From Elusimicrobiota bacterium (GTDB lineage Bacteria; Elusimicrobiota; UBA8919), in NCBI GenBank assembly GCA_043816185.1, contig JBDRIG010000107.1:1-13769 (forward strand): a DNA stretch of 13,769 nucleotides, written 5' to 3'. Position numbers and translations under genes: made by a program. The notes below the pieces were generated by a model that was given only the letters and a program-made list of their open reading frames with translations, had not been told where the DNA came from and ran no database searches. Within the stretch, counting starts at the first letter, position 1. The number at the start of each line of letters is the position of its first letter. This document shows, piece by piece, positions 8,845 to 13,769 of this stretch.

Positions 8845-9228
8845 TTAAAAAATTTCATAAATCTTTTTAAATAAATTATAATAATCTCCTTTAATTTTTT
8901 TATATAATTCATCTGAAAAATCTTCATCATAAGTATGAATAATTTTATTTCTATCATCCGTCATCCTTAATAATAATTCAGTCTGTTCATCAGAAATTAA
9001 TTTATTTTTTCTTAATTCTCTAAAACATTCTTTGGGAGAAAAAATATCTATACCAAATTTTTCATTCAAAAATACTTTGATAGTTTTCCAACAAAGTTCG
9101 AAAGTATATTCAAATCTTTTAATTACAGAATCTCTAATTAAATCATTTTTTCTTTCATCTAAAGCTTCTTTTAAGGTTATTAATGTTTTTTGAAATTTTT
9201 TTAATTTTAATATTAGCGTGTTATCCAT
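8845..9228 (-). CDS. HEPN / nucleotidyltransferase substrate-binding protein (HI0074 family), putative toxin
   Basis: RDSVIKRFEYTFELCWK, SPKECFR and RX4H motif RNKIIH followed by TY; overlaps the upstream MNT gene by 16 bp. Confidence 0.9.
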   Translation of the reverse strand: MDNTLILKLKKFQKTLITLKEALDERKNDLIRDSVIKRFEYTFELCWKTIKVFLNEKFGIDIFSPKECFRELRKNKLISDEQTELLLRMTDDRNKIIHTYDEDFSDELYKKIKGDYYNLFKKIYEIF

Positions 9229-9500
9229 AAAATTTTATTATTAAAAATATTTTTTTTAAATTCGTCTGATACTTTATTAAAATTTATAATATCAACAGAA
9301 TAAGGTAAAGTGGAATTTGTAAATTCTTCTTCTAATTCAACTAAATCTTTATTGTCAACATCGCCAATTACTCCCAAATCAAAATCGCCAAAATGTTCTT
9401 TAACTAAACTAGAACCAAAAATAAAAAATTTCAAATTTTTATTTTGATTAAATTTTTTAATTTTATTTTTCACCATTTGTAAATATTTATCTTTAATCAT
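9213..9500 (-). CDS. Minimal nucleotidyltransferase (MNT), putative antitoxin
   Basis: FIFGS...DFDLGV pol-beta-type motif and LPYSVDIINF third-Asp motif; 95 aa; paired with a HEPN gene. Confidence 0.87.
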   Translation of the reverse strand: MIKDKYLQMVKNKIKKFNQNKNLKFFIFGSSLVKEHFGDFDLGVIGDVDNKDLVELEEEFTNSTLPYSVDIINFNKVSDEFKKNIFNNKILWITR

Positions 9501-9535
9501 TGGGCTGCACCATTGAAACTACTCCGAACTATGAA

Positions 9536-9625
9536 CTGCCTTCAGACAGGGAAACACTGCCGCTACATTATAATGTGACCAACGACACGGTTTTGTAGTT
9601 GCGATATCACCTCGCTATCAGGCAG
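9536..9625 (-). other. GC-rich 90-nt irregular hairpin of unknown class (structured leader RNA or composite REP remnant)
   Basis: Minus-strand stems CTGCCT/AGGCAG, GATAG/CTGTC, GATAT/GTGTT and CTACA/TGTAG. Confidence 0.5.
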
Positions 9626-9675
9626 GAGGACTCTACCACTACTGATCTGTTACCACTGGCCACTGTTACCTATTT

Positions 9676-10296
9676 TCATCCGTCCACCTTCAACAATTCT
9701 AAAATCTTTATTCCGAACTGTTTTGCCGCATCTGGCCCAGATGCAGTAACTATGCTTCCATCAACCTCCACATTTTTTCCAGTATAATTTGCCCCGTATT
9801 TTTTAATTTCATTTATTTCCGACTTCGACGAAAAAACAGTTACTTTCTTATTTTTCAACACGCCTACTTTGGCAAGTATAACTGGAGCAATACAAATCGC
9901 TCCCAAAATTTTTTTGCTGGAAATTGTTTCTTGAATAATTTTATATGCCTGCTCATTTTCAAAATATTCTGTTGCACCAATGCCACCGATAAAAATTATG
10001 GCATCATAATTTTTTGCATCAATCTCATCAATTGTAATATCAATATTTTGAGCTGCGCCAAGCATGCCCTTCGCTGTTCCATCCGAAGAAGATGCTGTTA
10101 TAACTTCAATCTTTGCTTTTGTCAAAATTTCTTTCGGCTGAAAATATTCTTCATCTCTAAATCCGTTCTTTGCTATTACCATTACAACTTTTTTCATTTT
10201 TTTTATCACCTTTTGTTTCGAAGTTTCCTTTTTTACTGCTGCAACTAAAAACGAGAGTAAAAAAATACAAAGTAGCAATGCAAGATTTTTTTTCAT
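9676..10296 (-). CDS. DJ-1/PfpI family protein (possible signal peptide; alternative start 10197)
   Basis: GFRDEE, YDAIIFIGGIG, nucleophile-elbow GAICIAP and VDGSIVTASGP motifs. Confidence 0.92.
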   Translation of the reverse strand: MKKNLALLLCIFLLSFLVAAVKKETSKQKVIKKMKKVVMVIAKNGFRDEEYFQPKEILTKAKIEVITASSSDGTAKGMLGAAQNIDITIDEIDAKNYDAIIFIGGIGATEYFENEQAYKIIQETISSKKILGAICIAPVILAKVGVLKNKKVTVFSSKSEINEIKKYGANYTGKNVEVDGSIVTASGPDAAKQFGIKILELLKVDG

Positions 10297-10334
10297 TTAT
10301 TTAATTCTCTAATTCTTTAATGATTGCCACTGTT

Positions 10335-10405
10335 CTGCCGGACTAGGACTCGAACCTAGAACGGATGCTCCAGAGGCATCTGTGTTACCATTACACCATC
10401 CGGCA
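10335..10405 (-). tRNA. tRNA-Gln (anticodon CTG), CCA not encoded
   Basis: Minus strand TGCCGGA TGGTGTAATGGTAACACA GATGC-CTCTGGA-GCATC CGTT CTAGG-TTCGAGT-CCTAG TCCGGCA G forms a complete cloverleaf. Confidence 0.97.
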
Positions 10406-10430
10406 ATTGCAGCAAAAAATGTTCTCTAAC

Positions 10431-10439
10431 ATTTTAACA
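10431..10439 (-). promoter_or_regulatory. Possible extended -10 promoter for tRNA-Gln
   Basis: TGtTAAAAT about 25 nt upstream of the tRNA; no good -35, and the background is AT-rich. Confidence 0.3.
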
Positions 10440-10559
10440 ATATTCTTGAATTTTTAGGTTAATCTTTGGTTAATGCGATCATATATTGATATGCAAAAAC
10501 CTTATTACCATATCAACATTTGCTGACGCTACTTATCCCGCTATTCAGTAAATACATCT

Positions 10560-10850
10560 TTAATTTGCTATATACTCCGTCTCTGAATCCTTTTTCAATT
10601 CATCAACAAAATTTAATTGCAAATTCGAAACAGTAGATAGCAAAAATTCATTTTCTTCTGGCGTAAGATTACCTTTTGTTTTCCCAACAAGCATTTCAAG
10701 CATGTCTATTGAAATCTTTGCTTGTTTAAGATTTTTTTCAATTTTATTTGTTATTGGATTTACTGTCTTTCCTAATTGTTGCATTGATGTTACAGAAAGC
10801 GAAAATATCAAACTTAAAAAATATTCATTTACCTTTTGTTGTTCAGCCAT
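10560..10850 (-). CDS. DUF1844 domain protein
   Basis: F..LIFSL....MQQLG...NP.T.K.E.NL.QAK..IDML..L..KTKGNLT.EE pattern. Start moved to ATG 10850 (GGGGGA RBS). Confidence 0.82.
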   Translation of the reverse strand: MAEQQKVNEYFLSLIFSLSVTSMQQLGKTVNPITNKIEKNLKQAKISIDMLEMLVGKTKGNLTPEENEFLLSTVSNLQLNFVDELKKDSETEYIAN

Positions 10851-10925
10851 TTTTTCCCCCGATAAATACGGTGATATATCGTAAACCAACGATGATAAAT
10901 GATGTGGTGGTATGTAAAAACTATA

Positions 10926-12422
10926 TCAGCATATCACTATATTTATAACATTTTTTATTCGTAACAAAACTTTTTCTTTTCCTAAAAATTCTATCATCTC
11001 AAAAAGCGAAGGTCCTTCTGCTCTTCCAGAAACCGCAACCCTCACAGGATGAAAAATTTGAAAAGTTTTTAACGAATTACTTTCAGCATACTTTCTTGTT
11101 TCGTTTTCAATTTCCTTCGCTGTAAAACTTTCTATTTTTAAATAAATATCAGTAATATCGAACAGAATTTTTTTAACACCATCTTTTTTAAGTACTTTAT
11201 CAACTGCTTTTTCATCATAAATAATATCATTTTTTAGAAAAAAATCAATAAGATAAGGAATGTCGGACAAAAGTTTTATTTTGTCATGCTCCAATGAAAC
11301 ACACTTTTTTAGAAACTCATGGTCAGTTGAGCAAGTTGACTCTTGGCTAAAAGAGGACTCACTTTTAACAAAAAAATCTCCTGTGTTAAAACCTGCTTTC
11401 TGTAAAAAAGGAATGGCTCTATGTGTGAGTTCCTCGATTGACATTTTTCTTATATATTCACCATTCATCCATAGAAGTTTTTGTATATCAAAAATTGCAC
11501 CTGACTTTCCACATCTTTCTAGCGTAAATTTTTTAACCAATTCGCTAATTTCAAAAATCTGCTGGCTGTCCTCAGTAGACCAACCAAGCAATGCAATATA
11601 ATTCAACAGTGCTTCTTGTAAATATCCTTTATCTCTGTAATCTTCAACGGAAACATCACCTTGACGCTTGCTTAACTTTGATTTATCGGAATTTAGTAGA
11701 AGTGGAAGATGAGCAAATTGTGGCGGTGACCAACCAAAATAATTATACAAAACAACATGTTTTGGCGTTGAAGAAAGCCACTCCTCGCCACGAATAACAT
11801 GGCTTATTTCCATCAAATGATCGTCGACAACATTTGCCAAATGATATGTAGGATATCCATCTGATTTTAATATAATTTGATCATCAATTAAAGAACCATG
11901 AAATTTTATTTCACCACGAATAATATCATTAAATTTAATTTCTTCCGACGGCATCTTCATTCTTACAGTAAAAGGTTTTTCAAGTGAAAGTTTTTCAGAA
12001 TCATCTTTGGAAAGTTTAAGACAAAAACCGTCGTATTTTGGTGGCTGCTTTTTTGCTATCTGAATTTTTCTCATCTCGTCTAAACGCTCCGCTGTACAGA
12101 AACATCTATAGGCGAAATTTTTATCCAAAAGTTCATTCACATATTTTTTATAAATATCGAGTCGCTCTGATTGAATAACTGGCTCCTCATCATAATCAAT
12201 ACCACACCATTTTAATATCTCAAAAAGTTTTTCAACAGCACCAGAAACCATGCGAGATCTATCTGTATCTTCTATGCGAATTAAAAATTTTCCATCATTG
12301 TGTCTCGCAAAAAGATAATTATATAACGCAGTTCTTAGTCCACCAATATGCAAAAAACCCGTCGGCGACGGTGCAAACCTAACTCTAACTGCATGAGAAT
12401 GTTCACATGTTGACATATTCAT
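10926..12422 (-). CDS. gltX: Glutamate--tRNA ligase
   Basis: VRFAPSPTG, HIGG (HIGH), RIEDTD, HVIRGEEW and KLSKR (KMSKS) motifs. Confidence 0.98.
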   Translation of the reverse strand: MNMSTCEHSHAVRVRFAPSPTGFLHIGGLRTALYNYLFARHNDGKFLIRIEDTDRSRMVSGAVEKLFEILKWCGIDYDEEPVIQSERLDIYKKYVNELLDKNFAYRCFCTAERLDEMRKIQIAKKQPPKYDGFCLKLSKDDSEKLSLEKPFTVRMKMPSEEIKFNDIIRGEIKFHGSLIDDQIILKSDGYPTYHLANVVDDHLMEISHVIRGEEWLSSTPKHVVLYNYFGWSPPQFAHLPLLLNSDKSKLSKRQGDVSVEDYRDKGYLQEALLNYIALLGWSTEDSQQIFEISELVKKFTLERCGKSGAIFDIQKLLWMNGEYIRKMSIEELTHRAIPFLQKAGFNTGDFFVKSESSFSQESTCSTDHEFLKKCVSLEHDKIKLLSDIPYLIDFFLKNDIIYDEKAVDKVLKKDGVKKILFDITDIYLKIESFTAKEIENETRKYAESNSLKTFQIFHPVRVAVSGRAEGPSLFEMIEFLGKEKVLLRIKNVINIVIC

Positions 12423-12487
12423 TTGCTAATGTGTTAATGCTGATACAATAAATAATGGCATAGTATCATTGTGCTACTATTATCGTC

Positions 12488-13372
12488 CTAATATATAACT
12501 TTATTTAGTGGATATTCTATAATTCCTTCAGCACCACTACGCTTTAATTCTGGTATAATTTTTTTAACAATCTTTTCGGAAATTATCACCTCAATTGCTA
12601 TCCAACCAGGAATTGTAAGTTGTGAAATTGTTGGCCTTCTAAGTGCAGGAAGTATGTCCATAATTTTTGCAAGATTTTCGTCTTTAAGATTCATTTTAAG
12701 TCCGACCATCTCATACGCTTCGAGCGCACCCTTTAAAAGTATCGCCAGATTTTCTATTTTCTTTTTCTTCCAAGAATTTTCAAATGAATTTTTATTAGCA
12801 ATAAATCGTGTTGTTGAAATAAGAATTTCATCTATAATTTTCAGATTGTTTGCTCTTAAAGATGAACCGGTTTCAGTAAGTTCAACAATCGCATCGACGA
12901 GAGTTGGTGCCTTTGCTTCTGTTGCGCCCCACGAAAATTCAACCTTTGCATCTACTTTATTTTTTGATAGATATTTTTTTACAACACTTACCAACTCTGT
13001 TGCAATTCTTTTTCCTTGAAGATTTTTTACTGATGCAATTTTTGAGTTATTGGGTACTGCTAAAACCCATTTTACAGAACAAAAACCACTTTTTGCATAC
13101 ACAAGTTCGCAAATCTCTTTTATGTCTGCATTTGATTCACAAATCCAATCGTAACCAGTAATACCACAATCAAAAACACCGTCCTCAACATACTTCGCCA
13201 TTTCCTGTGAACGAACAAGCATAATTTCAAGCTCATCATCGTCGCAAGTAGGAAAATATGAACGGCTAGATGCGTGAATTTTTATTCCGGCTTTTTTGAA
13301 AAGTTCAAATGTTGACTCCTGTAGACTCCCCTTCGGCAATCCAATTTTAAGCTTGTTTACTATATTAGACAT
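12488..13372 (-). CDS. hisG: ATP phosphoribosyltransferase, long form
   Basis: [34 protein letters not shown] and C-terminal regulatory domain. Start moved to ATG 13372 (GGAGG at 13377-13381). Confidence 0.96.
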   Translation of the reverse strand: MSNIVNKLKIGLPKGSLQESTFELFKKAGIKIHASSRSYFPTCDDDELEIMLVRSQEMAKYVEDGVFDCGITGYDWICESNADIKEICELVYAKSGFCSVKWVLAVPNNSKIASVKNLQGKRIATELVSVVKKYLSKNKVDAKVEFSWGATEAKAPTLVDAIVELTETGSSLRANNLKIIDEILISTTRFIANKNSFENSWKKKKIENLAILLKGALEAYEMVGLKMNLKDENLAKIMDILPALRRPTISQLTIPGWIAIEVIISEKIVKKIIPELKRSGAEGIIEYPLNKVIY

Positions 13373-13388
13373 TTTTCCTCCTAATACA

Positions 13389-13567
13389 TGTAAATTCAAC
13401 CACCAAGTACAACACCCCAGCATTTAGCGGAATTGAAAACCTCATTTGGGGTAGAGAACCCCAAACATTTTCTTGGTCTGTCATTAAGCCAAGATTCGAC
13501 CTTTGAAATATCGGTGTCAGAAATAATATCAAAATTAGTTCTTTTTGGCAAGGATCTTCTTATCAAA
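13389..13567 (-). mobile_element. IS30-family remnant: right inverted repeat plus transposase C-terminal fragment
   Basis: LIRR..PK.T.F......I..V...LN.RPRKCLGFSTPNEVF is the IS30 C-terminal signature. The IR TGTAAATTCAACCACCAAGTACAACA (13389-13414) resembles IS30 ends of the TGTAGATTCAA...GCAACA type. Confidence 0.88.
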
Positions 13568-13698
13568 AACAAGTTCAACATGTTAGTGCAACACCGATGA
13601 TGCCTTAAAAACGATGAAAACTTATATAATGATACCGTTGAAAAACCCCTAAAAGTTCTTGGGCATAATTACCGTCGGGATTACCGATGAGAAAATAT

Positions 13699-13727
13699 TT
13701 GACTTTTCACTCCGGAATTGGTATAAT
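13699..13727 (+). promoter_or_regulatory. Sigma70 promoter
   Basis: TTGACT, 17-bp spacer, TATAAT with extended -10 TG; followed by GGAGG (13754-13758) and ATG (13764). Confidence 0.8.
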
Positions 13728-13763
13728 TTTACCGATGGCAAATCCAAAATTCCGGAGGCGAAA

Positions 13764-13769
13764 ATGTAT
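13764..13769 (+). CDS. Start of a plus-strand gene (MY...), truncated by the window; possibly a transposase
   Basis: Promoter, RBS and ATG are correctly spaced; only 2 codons are visible. Confidence 0.5.

Larger units (their letters stand above)
13568..13769 (+). mobile_element. Probable left end of a second IS30-like element, running off the window
   Basis: AACAAGTTCAACATGTTAGTGCAACACC (13568-13595) aligns with the first IR in direct orientation and begins where transposase similarity stops. Confidence 0.55.

Noticed and set aside
9536..9625. Integron attC site, 6S RNA, cobalamin riboswitch or hammerhead ribozyme
   Set aside because: No RYYYAAC/GTTRRRY boxes, too short for 6S, and the consensus cores are incomplete.
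10335..10405. tRNA-Gln as the integration site for the PfpI/MNT-HEPN segment
   Set aside because: No duplicated tRNA 3' end seen downstream, and no integrase.
13373..13399. Hybrid promoter from the outward TTGAAT in the IS30 end
   Set aside because: A -10 placed 17 bp away would fall on the RBS-start codon region of hisG.
13373..13423. N-terminal extension of HisG (MLGCCTWW...)
   Set aside because: It is IS30 inverted-repeat sequence; the RBS supports ATG 13372.

Overview
AT-rich bacterial chromosomal segment. Every complete gene lies on the minus strand, in transcription order: hisG, gltX, DUF1844 protein, tRNA-Gln(CUG), DJ-1/PfpI protein, MNT-HEPN (HI0073/HI0074-like) pair, eno, ftsB/divIC, rpsF, ssb, rpsR, DUF2232/YybS, rplI, dnaB, alr, mlaE. 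The right end holds an IS30-family transposase remnant cut off by a second IS30-type end, followed by a plus-strand sigma70 promoter and an ORF start at 13764. The gene content is ordinary; the repeat layer is not. (1) A 117-118 bp MITE with 15-bp TIRs occurs twice, each time at the same ATT/AAT of a GTCATTGCG(A/G)G...GAAGCAATCTC palindromic repeat. (2) Short palindromic or hairpin sequences sit in frame inside housekeeping genes (rplI, alr, eno, possibly gltX). (3) Many intergenic gaps carry degenerate 7- or 8-nt periodic arrays. (4) A 90-nt hairpin precedes the MNT-HEPN pair. All family assignments come from motif recognition, not database searches.
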